Of a DNA stretch of 64,000 nucleotides, positions 44,123 to 56,762 are shown piece after piece. This DNA is from Octopus sinensis. Lineage: Eukaryota. The notes below the pieces were generated by a model. That model searched no databases and was not told where the DNA came from. It saw only the letters and a list, made by a program, of their open reading frames with translations. Location of the stretch: the NCBI RefSeq assembly GCF_006345805.1, contig NC_043004.1:99572001-99636000 (forward strand). Direction: 5' to 3'. Position numbers and translations under genes: made by a program. Position 1 is the stretch's first letter. Every line of letters starts with the position of its first letter.

Positions 44123-44165
44123 CCACCTGAAGAATGTCGGTAGCAGACATGAAACATTGTAGTGG
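44123..44165 (+). ncRNA. Minimal type I hammerhead ribozyme (family B, right arm)
   Basis: ccac-CTGAAGA-ATGTC ggtagca GACAT-GAAAC-ATT-GTA-gtgg. Predicted cleavage after 44161. Confidence 0.85.
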
Positions 44166-44615
44166 CGGTTTATTTAATTTATATTAAAATTTTATGTATT
44201 GATTAAGTCTTTCCTTGTTTGATTTTAAAATAGTGGTTTTGTCTCGAATTATATTATATAATACTTTACTATAAAATTGGATTTAACCCTAACTCTGATT
44301 TTTCCCTGTAAATTTGGATTCATTCCCTAATATTTATTATTATTTATATATATATATATATATATATATCAATTAAGGACAACTTCTTAATAAGGAAAAC
44401 TTAACAAGAAATTATCAGGTAGATAGCGTGAAAGACCTCATAAGAGAAAAAATTTCGAAAATAATTCTTTCTTATTGAACATATTAATTTATATATAGAG
44501 GGCATTATTATACATACATGCCACACGCTAAGAGGGACAAAATTAGTCATTTCTACCAAAAATTTTACTAATCCCACCGAATGCAATTTTTCAAAGTAAG
44601 ACATTTAAAAATATA

Positions 44616-44662
44616 GACTTGTATCACCTGTGATTTCATACCTCTGTATTCATCAGCAAGCC
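44616..44662 (-). ncRNA. Type I hammerhead ribozyme (family C, left arm)
   Basis: Exact reverse complement of 45008-45054. Confidence 0.85.
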
Positions 44663-45007
44663 TGGACGTATCATAAATAAACGACCGTACCTCGTCTAAG
44701 CCGAGCAGCTAACTGATCAACATCAACGAAGCACATGGGTGAGTTTACATATATTACATCCGGTAAATGGCAGACTTTTACGAATTGCATTTCTTGTTAA
44801 TTTCTTGTTAAGTTTTCCTTATTAAGAAGTTGTCCTTAATTGCTAAATTTTTATTCCGAAAAAACTTTTCTTCCCCGAAATGCAATTCGTAAAAGTCTGC
44901 CATTTACCGGATGTAATATATGTAAACTCACCCATGTGCTTCGTTGATGTTGATCAGTTAGCTGCTCGGCTTAGACGAGGTACGGTCGTTTATTTATGAT
45001 ACGTCCA

Positions 45008-45054
45008 GGCTTGCTGATGAATACAGAGGTATGAAATCACAGGTGATACAAGTC
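45008..45054 (+). ncRNA. Type I hammerhead ribozyme (family C, right arm)
   Basis: ggcttg-CTGATGA-ATAC agag GTAT-GAA-ATCAC ag GTGAT-A-caagtc. All three stems and a canonical core are present. AUA triplet, predicted cleavage after 45048. Confidence 0.88.
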
Positions 45055-45301
45055 TATATTTTTAAATGTCTTACTTTGAAAAATTGCATTCGGTGGGATT
45101 AGTAAAATTTTTGGTAGAAATGACTAATTTTGTCCCTCTTAGCGTGTGGCATGTATGTATAATAATGCCCTCTATATATAAATTAATATGTTCAATAAGA
45201 AAGAATTATTTTCGAAATTTTTTCTCTTATGAGGTCTTTCACGCTATCTACCTGATAATTTCTTGTTAAGTTTTCCTTATTAAGAAGTTGTCCTTAATTG
45301 C

Positions 45302-45379
<78 letters not shown>

Positions 45380-45386
45380 AGCGACT

Positions 45387-45680
45387 GGAGGCGCAATGTC
45401 CAAGTGGTTAGAGCAGCGGACTCGCGGTCGGAAGATCGCAGTTTAGATTCCCGAGTATTGTGTGTGTTTATTGGGCCAAAACGCCTAAAAGCTCCACGGT
45501 GCTCCGGCAGGGGGTGGTGGCGACCCGTATTGTACTCTTTCGCCACAACTCTTCCTGTTTCTTAAGCAACGCTGCGATGGATCGGCGTCCAGTCCAGCTG
45601 GAGGAACACATACGCCAAAGAAACCGGGAAACAGGTCCCATGAGCCTGGCTAGGCTTAAAAAAGGGCGACGTTTATCGTT
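45387..45680 (+). mobile_element. tRNA-derived SINE, family 3
   Basis: Head ggaggcgcaatgtccaagtggttagagcagcgg. 13-bp TSD tatataagcgact at 45374-45386 and 45681-45693. Confidence 0.88.
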
Positions 45681-46094
45681 TATATAAGCGACTGACGCTG
45701 AAAGGAAACCGAATAGAAATAACACTGGTGACAGAGATGATGAAAATTATGATAATCATGAGAGGAAGGAGGAAATCGTGTATCATTCTAGCGATGATAA
45801 GCAGGAACAGCATCTTATGTAAATACGTTCACACATGTTGAAGTTGGTTTTATTTTTGTTATAATTATATTAGTAGTGGTAAAATTAGTAATCGTTGTGG
45901 TGGTGGTGGCGGGGTTGTTGTCTTTGTCTGCTGCTAAAGTAATACCGACTTCATTGTTTGCCAGACAAGTAATTAAAATGTCATTATCAGTTTAGAGACG
46001 CTGCAATGTGTTGCATTGTTCTATCAACCATAGTCTATTTGTGTGAGCGCGTGCATAGTCGTACAAACACGTATTCACGTATACGCGTATTTTT

Positions 46095-46152
46095 AATTAA
46101 GATATATATATAAATAGGTATACATACACACACACACACACACACACACACG

Positions 46153-46247
<95 letters not shown>

Positions 46248-46307
46248 CCTGTATATATATATATATGTACACATATATGTACATATACGTATTTGCATAT
46301 ATATATA

Positions 46308-46365
<58 letters not shown>

Positions 46366-46736
46366 ATATATGTATGTACACACAAATATATATACATATA
46401 TACATATATATATATACTTATATATAAACATGTACTTTTGTACATAATATATATATGTATGTGTATATATACATGCATATAAATGTATGTATGTATCAAA
46501 GTATCAAAGTATCAAAGTACCAAAGTATGTATGTGTGTGTGTGTGTGTGTAATTCTAAGCTACATGTTTATAGACATATATGCACGCATAAGGCACACAT
46601 GTATAACTTATAGCATGCTTATAGAAAATATCTACATAGAGAAAACAACGGCTCTTGCAGAAACAATATATTAAACAAGTGACAGGGTCATGAACATGCC
46701 ATACACAATACCATCCGTACAAAAACTGTTTTCTGC

Positions 46737-46803
<67 letters not shown>

Positions 46804-46828
46804 ATATAATATATATATATATCTACAT

Positions 46829-46879
<51 letters not shown>

Positions 46880-46890
46880 TACATATATAC

Positions 46891-46947
<57 letters not shown>

Positions 46948-46957
46948 CATACATACA

Positions 46958-47010
<53 letters not shown>

Positions 47011-47025
47011 CACTTTATACATAAT

Positions 47026-47079
<54 letters not shown>

Positions 47080-47090
47080 TATATACACTT
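46095..47090. repeat. (TA)n/(CA)n microsatellite field
   Basis: Direct reading. Confidence 0.9.
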
Positions 47091-48056
47091 GTATGTAGAC
47101 AGATATGTAGATACGCAGACATAGTGTGAAAAATGTAAGGCTTCGCGATACTTGTTGTGGTGATTTTCAGCAGATATGTATCACCAGTATTTATCCACAA
47201 GTGTACTAAATATGTTTAACCTAAAATGTAATGTTAAATTAAACTATTTATACTAATTTGTGTACTTTACACATACAAGGTTGCAATGAGGAGCATTTAA
47301 TTATTCTTGTCTTAGTGTTTCGTTTCGTTACTATAGGGCAAAATTATTGCTTTTCCTTGTATAACGGGGAAGAAGGGAAAAAGCGATACGATTTCAGTAA
47401 GTTGAACAAGCGGCGATTTCTTCCTCTCGTTATAAAAATAGAAGATTGCCAAAGCGAATAATGTTAATATAACAGTCTGTTACAAACATTCAAGGAACTT
47501 CACTTCTGCAACGTATGTTAATGTGGTTATGGTCTGCTGTCTGTTGCTGCAACGATGAAGGTAGGCGACGGCTGGTTGAAGAATGCTGTGAAACCGGCTG
47601 GTGTGTGGTTCATCGGCTCTGGTCAGATAGAGAAGAGGTGTGTCTTCAATGGCTGCTTCCAAAGACAAACAGAGTCAGAATACAAAGGCTTTTAGTACCT
47701 TAGGCAGGCTTCAAAAATAAAGTGGTTTTTCTCGCGTTGAAAACAAATTCTTACAAACATGTGACTGGACAGTTAGTAACCGACAAATACATGCAACAAA
47801 TATGGCAAGCCATTGGATCATTGGAGCTTAACAACCAAACATGATAAAAGCATTGTCCACTTCTACTAGACTTGTTTACTAAACACATACAAATTAAAAC
47901 TATGCAAAGTGTACGAGCATATAACATCTATGTATACACATATGCACACACACAATACACATATAATGCAGAGAAACACGCACCATACACAACACAGATA
48001 CACAAGCACACACATACATACAAGCACAGACATACGTGTGTATATATGTATGCATA

Positions 48057-48860
48057 CAGGGTGCAATTGGTAAATTGTCGCGAGATTAAATTTTTCATTT
48101 CGCGCTTGTGCATTGCTTTTTTTTTTTGGTGGGGGCGGGAATTTTGATACACATTATAGTAGGGTCAGTTGGGCACCATTTGTGAAAAATACAGAACAAT
48201 GACACAATTCACTCTGCCGGAAATTTGGAAACGATATGTGATACTGCTTCGCATTCGCGCTGGAATCTCCAGTATGAACATTTGGGTGTTTTGGTGTCAG
48301 TCTGAGGACAGTGCTGTTACCGAGTGTGATGAAAATCAAACCAGTCAACACCCATTTTGGAGTGATCACTAGTGAGGGCAACGTTATGCCTCCATTCGTC
48401 TTCCCACACAGCCTCAGACTCAACACAGAGGCCTACATCAAGTGCCTGGAGGAGGTTGTGCTGCCCAGGGTCAAGAGGGTGGCTGCTGGAAGACCTCATG
48501 TCTGGCAATAAAACTCTGCAGCAAGCAACACAAGGAGAACCCAGTCATGGCTGTCAGACAATTTCTGTGACCACATCACACCTAACATCTGCCCACCTAT
48601 CTCCCCAGACTCCCTCTCAACTGGTTATTATGTGTAGTGCACAGTTGAACCGAAAGATCAACAGCACTCCTTGTAACACCTTGTAACACCTTGTAACTGA
48701 AGGCACGGATTATGGCAGCATTCACCAACAAGGAGACCGTCCAGAAGAGTTGCAGGAGATTCCAAAGTCGTCTGGAGGCCGTGGTTGAAGCCAATGGCGA
48801 TTTTCTTGAATAGATCTACTCTTTAGTATTTCAAGATATTTTTATGTAATTTTGGTAAAT
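48057..48860 (+). mobile_element. Tc1/mariner-superfamily relic (maT-like), internally deleted
   Basis: Left end TA|CAGGGTG. Peptide fragments FGVITSEGNVMPPFVF, EEVVLPRVK, GRPHVWQ and a decayed PP.SPD motif. No right TIR seen. Confidence 0.75.
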
Positions 48861-48875
48861 ATATAGGGGCATATA

Positions 48876-49037
48876 GGGGCAGGCGTGGCTGTGTAGCATG
48901 AAGATTGCTTCCCAACCACATGGTTCCGGGTCCACTCTCTCTGCGTGGCACCTTGGGCAAGTGTCTTATACTTTAGCCTCAGGCCGACCAAAGCCTTGTG
49001 AGTGGTTTTGGTAGATGGAAACTAAAAGAAACCCGTC

Positions 49038-49089
<52 letters not shown>

Positions 49090-49672
49090 TATATATATAC
49101 GGGAAGCTTTATGAAAATAGACAAAAGACGAAGGCAGGTTTACGGAAATAAACAAAAGACGAAGGCAGGTGGAATACAAACAAACAATTCTATTAGTATG
49201 GCGCTCAGGAAATATAAATAAAACAAGTCTTTAACGTTTCGAGCCTACGCTCTTCAACAGAAAGATACACAGAGAGAAAACACAGAAAGAAGGAGAGAAA
49301 AATATATGCGTGCAGAGACTAGCGAATCAACATGGCGATCTGATTTCGGCCAGAAGTCGAAGATCAAACGTGAGACGCAAGAGCGAAATTAGGGGAGATA
49401 ATGGGGTTAAATGAGCTCGCTCCAACATTAGAGTGTGTGTGTGTGTGTATGAATGTGTATGTGGGTGTGTGTGTGTATACTTGTCTTCCCTCAACCATCT
49501 CTTGACAACTGCTATTGGTGTGTTTACGTCCCCCGTAACAGCGTTTCGGCAAAAGAAACCGATAGAATAAATACTCGGCTTACAATGATTAAGTGCTTGG
49601 GTCGATTTGTTTGACTGAAGGCGGTGCTCCAGCGTGGCCGCAGTCAAATGACTGAAACAAGTAAAAGAATAA
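48876..49672 (+). mobile_element. SINE family 2 interrupted in its internal (TA)n tract
   Basis: 5' half 48876-49038 and 3' half ~49480-49672, with a family A element in between. Confidence 0.85.
49099..49433 (-). mobile_element. Hammerhead-bearing short repeat, family A, copy 5
   Basis: Motif 49228-49265(-) reads tcttt-CTGTTGA-A-GAGC gtag GCTC-GAAAC-GTT-aaaga. The terminal ~30 bp are tandemly duplicated. Confidence 0.8.
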
Positions 49673-50295
49673 AATAATATCTGTTAAAGTGTGATATGCG
49701 TGTGTTTGTTTGCCTATTTCTGAAAAGTGAACTCTGTGGGTAAATGAGAGTATTACACACGCTAGATCCTAAAGTAACCACGATCAACTATCGCCGAGTT
49801 TCAGTTTTATTTGCAAACATCTTCCAGTTTCGCCTGTTCACTCAAACCAAGTGTTTGCAACACTATTTTTTTTATTTACATACAAATTTATTATGATAAG
49901 TATAGGTTGAAATTTCATAACATGGTGGTGTAAATCTTTCAATACGTATTAATTAAAAGTAGCATTTTTGTGCGTATTTGACGAAGATTAAGTGCGTATC
50001 CTTCGTATGAATATTCTTAAGATCTGGAATGAGTGAGCATGTTATGGCGATCACATTAATAAAAGTTGGAATTCGTCAATATCTATCTTTATGTCAGTCT
50101 TTAGTTGGAGAGACCACTGCGATTTAGTTACTGTGCTTTTTTTCCCAAGGACGTGTTAAATATGTTTGTTAAACTTCATTGTAATTTTTATTTTGTATGT
50201 TTTATAGTCATTCTCATCAAAATTATAGTCACTTTAACACTATACTGATCAGCTTTACATTTTCTATATGTGATATATATGATACACACACACAC

Positions 50296-50362
<67 letters not shown>

Positions 50363-50366
<4 letters not shown>

Positions 50367-50551
50367 CATGATAGGTCGTTAGCCACTACACACAATTTTT
50401 CTCTCCTTGTTTTTTTCTGTGTCCCTTTCTGTAGAAGAGCGTAGGCTTGAAACGTAAAAGACTTTTTCTATTCCTGAGCGTTATACTAATATATCTGTTT
50501 GTTTTGTACACCACCTGTCATCGTCTTTTGTTTTTTTCGTAAACACTCCCT
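50363..50551 (+). mobile_element. Hammerhead-bearing short repeat, family A, copy 6
   Basis: Motif 50425-50460 reads cttt-CTGTAGA-A-GAGC gtag GCTT-GAAAC-GTA-aaag. (TA)n on both sides. Confidence 0.8.
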
Positions 50552-50589
50552 ATATATTTATATATATATATATCATATATGTGTATCAT

Positions 50590-51460
50590 ACCAAACGAAC
50601 TTAAAAACCAGAAAAAAGAAACAGAAATTATCTGATTGGCAGGAGGTGTTGCTTGGTAGATTCCCAATGATAGTTGCAGCAAAAAGTAGTAGTGAGACAG
50701 AGTTATGGCTACAGAAAGGACACCGGAAGAGGGAGACAGGAAATGTGTTAGTAGCTGTAAAAGATCAAGCATTAAGGACTAATTGGATAACATCTATGAT
50801 ATACACAGGCCAAGTAAATTTCCAATGTAGATAATGCAAATCAAAAGAAGAAAGTTATACTCATATAGCAACTGAATGTAGCATGCTGGCGCCGAAAGAA
50901 TACAAGAAAAAGACATGACAATCTAAGAAGAGCAATCCAGTGGGAGGTATGAAAAAGCTAGGATTTGAACATACTGATAAATGGTATGAACATGAACCTA
51001 GTAAAGTAGTAGAAAGTGTGGGGCTTTCACATTCAGACTGACAGGGTAATAGAAGATAGAAGGCCTGATTTGCAAGTAGTAGATACAGAGAATGGAAGAT
51101 AATTGACTTTACATTGCCAAATGATGATACAATTAAAATGAGAAATATAGAAAAAATAGCAAAGTAACAGGACCTAGCTATTGAATTACAAAGTCTATCG
51201 AAAGTGTGGGTAAAATGTATCACCGTATTTATAGGTGCATTGGGAGTTATCCCTAAAGATCTGAACACATGGGTAGAGGAAATAGGCATAAAACCCATTT
51301 TGCAGAAAACAGTGTTATTAGGGAGAGCAATGATACTTAGGAGGGATTTCGGTATCCACGGTTACGTGCTGTAACTCAATAGGAGGGTTCTTGGCATCTA
51401 AGGCTAATTGTTCGAGCCCGATGTTCGGATTCTTTTCTTTTCCAACAGTCTAATCTGTTG
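50590..51460 (+). mobile_element. R4/Dong-like non-LTR retrotransposon 3' relic (zinc motif and restriction-like endonuclease)
   Basis: Fragments WLQKGHRKRET..DQALRTN, CR*CKSKEESYTHIATECSMLAPKEYK, RPD, WKIIDFTLPND, EKIAK*QDLAIELQSL, FIGALGVIPKDL and LQKTVLLGRAMILRR. Followed by (AAT)n. Confidence 0.85.
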
Positions 51461-51495
51461 AATGTATATGAATAGCAATTATGATGATGATGATG

Positions 51496-51601
<106 letters not shown>

Positions 51602-51611
51602 TAATAATAAA

Positions 51612-52166
51612 TGCCCTGATGCAGTACTAGGCAGTGGCTCTCATGGCTTCTGATCTTAACTGATTGGAGGTGTTATAATGTACATTGTTTTGTCTTGGTA
51701 TAAAAGATGGGCTACAGCAAATATTCTGCTCAATACCACAGATTTGCTTGTCAGTTGTTTGACCGTAACCAGTTGAGCATGTCCCTTAGTGGCTGACGAT
51801 ATGTGCGTCTCTGATCACAAGCAGAAGTAGTGGGGGGGCATCATAGCCATGTGTTGAGAGGAATTCTTTGGGGTTTGAATAATTCACCTCTGGAAACATG
51901 GGTGGTTCTTTCAACATCCTTAAACAACCCTTATTCAGGGACCCTTTGAGCGGGATGGGCTACTCAACCTGAAGAAAATTCTAACTGGGCCCCACCTGCA
52001 AGGTCATGTGCTGTTTATCTTGATATGAGATCACCATGTCACGCACATATGGTTGTGTTGCATGTGCCTGGTGTACCCTTATCAGACGGGTAGTCATGAT
52101 GGGCATATTGGGCTTCGTATATTTTACCCCAGTGTCACTTTGATGGCATGAACTGCTCTCTAATTC

Positions 52167-52168
<2 letters not shown>
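51612..52168. mobile_element. Probable non-autonomous element inserted within an (AAT)n array
   Basis: Sharp-edged, more GC-rich non-coding block with (AAT)n directly on both sides. Single copy in the window. Confidence 0.55.
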
Positions 52169-52200
<32 letters not shown>

Positions 52201-53261
52201 GACTGTCAGTTACGTAAATCGCTATATTTTAACCGAAACTGATCCAATATATATATCAACTCATCGTAGCAGAGAATATTCAATTCCTATTAAAAATGTT
52301 CATACCATTGAATAAGATGCTCTATTAAATCTGAATGCATCAAGAAGAAAATCTCGTCATTTTGATATTATTCCAAAAACATTTGGGCTAAATTCCTAGA
52401 TTTATGTTCACTACTGAGAACAAATTCTTGATCATTACTTCTTCATAGTCACTCTCCCATATAATGTTAAAATTTTCTCTTAAAACTTTAATTCTTCTCC
52501 TATTTTCATATCAGCTAAATGCAAAGAGAATATTATACATAGGCTTAACGTTGTAGACAGTAATTTATAGATTTACAAGAATATATATTAACAATAAAGA
52601 ATTGAATAGAAAACACGATAACTGATAAATATACGCACACACTGTGGGATGCAGTTAACACACAATTATTATTATTATATATTATATATATATTTATATT
52701 ATATATATATATATATAATATATATATATAATAAAGGTAAGCTCCAAGGATCAAGCTGTAGGGAGATATAAAGCTTTAAGCAGTCCATAGAAGGTATAGA
52801 AAACAACTTCAGGAACAATAAGCTTTATTGACGTAGAATGTTGTTTTTCCCTTATCGACGTTTGAGAAGTTGCAAAAGTTGTTTAATGGCCTAGGATTAG
52901 CAGTAAGGGTTGCTGTATATAAAAATACAAATCCAAAATTAAGGAATAGAGCAGATAAAATCCAGGCTATATATGGGTCATAGCTAGCAGAACCTCAGAA
53001 GTAAAACTTATCCTAACGCGGGTTAATCCGCTTGCTACTCAACGGGCCAACAATACCTAATCAAAAGAAATTAATATTGTCGTCAAAGGATCTTATGTTG
53101 ACTCGCAAGAAGGGATGCTGAAATCCAGTGATCCATCTTGTGAGAGATAAATAATGTTAAAATTACTGTCTTGCATGCTCTCAGCACATGAAACTAATAG
53201 TAACACGTAAAAATGTATTATGCATATCTATATATATAGCTATATATATATATCAATATAG

Positions 53262-53303
<42 letters not shown>

Positions 53304-53671
53304 TATGATCAAAATCGAAAGCATAATGGGGGGGAAAGCGTGCGGTACAAGCCAGACAGAAAAGAAGTATAAGAACTCGTATGGAATGGAATGCTGGTGT
53401 GAGATGAGTTATTTTCTGCAAAAGCGACAGAATGTACATATATGTAAATCGAATGACAGGTGGGTAACGGGATGTGGATGATGTAATCAATATGCCAATA
53501 CAGATCAACTACTCAACTAACAAACAAGGACGAAAAAAAAGCAGAGAAATGTACAAAAATACAAATACATATACATATATATGTATATATATATATATAT
53601 TATATATATATACATATACATATATATATTATATATAATATATTATATATATATATAATATATATATTTGT

Positions 53672-54180
53672 AACAGGTAACTCAGTACTACCTGTTGCAC
53701 GGTCGGGTCGTCGGCGACTAAACGGCAACCCCACCAAGCTCGCTTGGTGAGAAGGGTGTTTATCGGTCACCCTGCAGGATGAAAAATAAAACCCGTCAAA
53801 GGGCGGAGGAACTCTTGAGAGTCAATGGTCATCCAATAAATGTCTTCGGGGACATAGAAATAATCGGATTGAATACCCGATCGCGCAGTTAAACCATTGG
53901 GAGTGAAGGACTCCTAGCCTTTGTCAGGGCATCCTTCTAGGAGAAGGCAACTCAGGTAACTGGGATAACTCCGATATAAACTGCGGCTCAGTGGTTACCG
54001 ATGATGTTGACTTGTTCTTCTTTTCGGATTATGGCTGCTGTTGCTTAGTGAGTGGGATTGACTCAGTGCACAGCCTTTCCTCACTTAAAAAAATATCTTG
54101 CACAGGCATTGCACGATAACAACATTGATTAAGCTTCGTGCAATGGCCATACTCGATAACGAGGGGGCAGCCACCATGTA
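53672..54180 (+). mobile_element. Structured non-coding block resembling an RTE-type retrotransposon 5' region
   Basis: GC-elevated block between TA tracts with many hairpins. gggcatccttctaggagaaggcaactc resembles RTE 5' UTR sequence from memory; not verified. Confidence 0.45.
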
Positions 54181-54532
54181 TATGCATATATATATATGTG
54201 TGTGTGTTTGTGTGTGTGTGTAACAATAGCAATACGGAATCGTATATAAAATTTCCAATCAAGTGTGGCGTCACATACGGGACAGTGCTACTAGGGTTTA
54301 TAACCCCAGGAAGACATTTCCTCCAGCTCGCTAACGACACACACTCTGTGTCCGATCATTAGCTGCTGATTAACACTCGCTGAAGATGGATAACCACCTA
54401 GAAAATCGAGTCCGTGTGTATCACGTAAGGCTAGAGATGAGAACGATGCTCTCCTCTTGCAAATACTAATCGAACAAAGAAAGTGTTTCGTTAGCCAGAT
54501 GGAAGAGATATACCGATACATGTACCTGTATA

Positions 54533-54534
<2 letters not shown>

Positions 54535-54618
<84 letters not shown>

Positions 54619-54652
54619 ATATAGATAGATAGAGAGAGAGAGACAGACAGAG

Positions 54653-54683
<31 letters not shown>

Positions 54684-54684
54684 A

Positions 54685-54755
<71 letters not shown>

Positions 54756-54800
54756 GATAGATAGATAGATAGATTGATTGATTGATAGATAGATAGATAA
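54535..54800. repeat. (TA)n and (GATA)n microsatellites
   Basis: Direct reading. Confidence 0.95.
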
Positions 54801-56693
54801 ACAGAGACGATACTGAATAAATGGAAATGAAACAACGTTATAAAACATTTGCTACACGTATACCGAAAATAGGTAAGGCAACCTTCACAGACACATAACG
54901 GCCCCTTCGCGCACACATATACAATTACACGTAAGCACAGAATTTCTTGCATACATCTAATTACAGGTATACAGTGTTAGCTAAAACGCATTCACTTATA
55001 TACACTTATATAAACCGATGCACATAATGATAGACACACACATAAGTATACGACGGTAAGGACAGACGTGACTCACTAAGATACATGTATCAGGCATCCA
55101 CTATTATCGACAGAAGAATATTTCACCTTCATGTTTGTCAGTGTCATTCGTTATTTTCAGTTTGTATGAACCCCAATCATCATCATCATCATCATCATGA
55201 TTATCAACAGCAGCAAAAACAACGTTTTCATCATCATTGTCGCTACCATTGTCATTCTGGTGTAACGTATAGATGAAATGTTGGGCAACAGAAAAATAAG
55301 TAGACAAAGAATGTATTAAAATTAAAAGAACTATGAAAAAAAAAAAACGAAAGGCAAAATTATATATTCAGGTTTTGATTGACTCTGGTTTGGATCTCAT
55401 TCGAAGGAACACTCCTTCAATTACAAACCTTATGTCATCTTTGAGGAATCTTGTCTACATAGTACGCTTTTGCTGACAGTTAGAAACTTCTGCTCGCTCG
55501 CAGTAGCTATCGTCAGTATAAAGTGACTGACATATCTTTAGCTGAAGCAATCACTAAGATTTGCTGCCGTTTTGGTTCGAACTAATGATCATCAGCAAAG
55601 TACATACAACAAAACGAGTTCATATCCAACGGCAACGATCAAGAAACTTATTCGGTAGCTTCTCACCGTAATAGAATGAGGTTTGAAATGTTAAACTTAA
55701 AGATCTTGGTTGAGTAGAAGGTCAGCAGTTATTAACATTTGTGTTCAAGTCACTTGGAATGAAATTATCAAATGAGAAAAGAAAAATAGGAGAAAATAAT
55801 GTTTAATGTTGCAAATAATTCTTTCTCATCGTAACCTACTCCATATCGAATCTTGGAATCTCAGACCAATTATATCATTTGCTGCGTTAATGTCAGTAAG
55901 TCTTAATATTAATCAACTATGAAACACTGTCAGCCACGTAAGCATTCATTTTAAATTGAAGAGGGATATTTTCATAAAGAAGATGACACTTAATTTCCTT
56001 CACAAGTACGTTGATTAAATCTCCAAGAAAATTGGTGAATCAGTAATTAGCACGATGTTCTTGTATTAAATATTGGCATCAAATAAAAACAAATGTCTGC
56101 ACTGATCACAATGAGATATCGTCATTGTAAGTCACTTGAGATACACTGAAAAATTAAGCACTGTTCTTGTAGAACTACTTGATGCAAAAACTTTACTTTC
56201 GAAGAAAGATACATTTCTGTATGGGGTCTACATGCGTAACAGAACTTGCGGGTGTAGCCGTTGAATATTGAATTTTGTGTTGGCTTAACCCTTAATCATG
56301 GACTGTTGCTTTATATTAACACATTCCTTTTATATACTGAGATATACTTAGACTTGCTATATATTAATTATACTGTTACAGTCCCAGGAGGTTGTATGTA
56401 AATCTGACAACTGAAATGACAGGATTTTAACAGTGTTTATTTCCATCGGCTTCAACATATTTATTATTACGTTTACTTTTCTTCATAGCACTACAAACAA
56501 TATATAAATATAGAATTATATCACACTGGTTTTCGCCTTAGAACCTCGCAAACAAATTATAAGCGGTGACATGGAATTAATTCATTTATTGATTTATATG
56601 TTTGTTGTATAGTTCATTGCGAAATTATCGTTACATACACTAATGTTTTTTATACCTAGAAAAACAATGCTTTTGTTTTTCTTTTATCAGTTC

Positions 56694-56729
<36 letters not shown>

Positions 56730-56762
56730 TGTCTGTGTGACCGTGTATATATGTGTATATAT

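Larger units (their letters stand above)
43928..44348. mobile_element. Fold-back element (~160-bp arms, 2-nt loop) plus ~90-bp unpaired tail, Penelope-like
   Basis: 43928-44087 is the reverse complement of 44090-44254 with a few indels. (TA)n on both sides. One hammerhead in each arm. Confidence 0.85.
44370..45306. mobile_element. Fold-back element with 424-bp arms and 51-bp terminal redundancy (Penelope-like or retrozyme)
   Basis: 44370-44793 is the reverse complement of 44877-45300; the ORF track shows identical 67-aa ORFs on opposite strands. 44798-44848 is a direct repeat of 45256-45306. (TA)n on both sides. Confidence 0.88.

Noticed and set aside
44401-45269. Identical 67-aa ORFs on opposite strands as a duplicated gene
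   Set aside because: A by-product of the inverted repeat; no recognisable domain.
52733-53215. Block between TA tracts with a tcgacgttt motif, possible further hammerhead element
   Set aside because: No CUGANGA-type core with a matching stem I found on either strand.
55900-56170. Faint RT-like peptides (KRDIF, SHLRYTEKL)
   Set aside because: Too short and diverged to support without a profile search.
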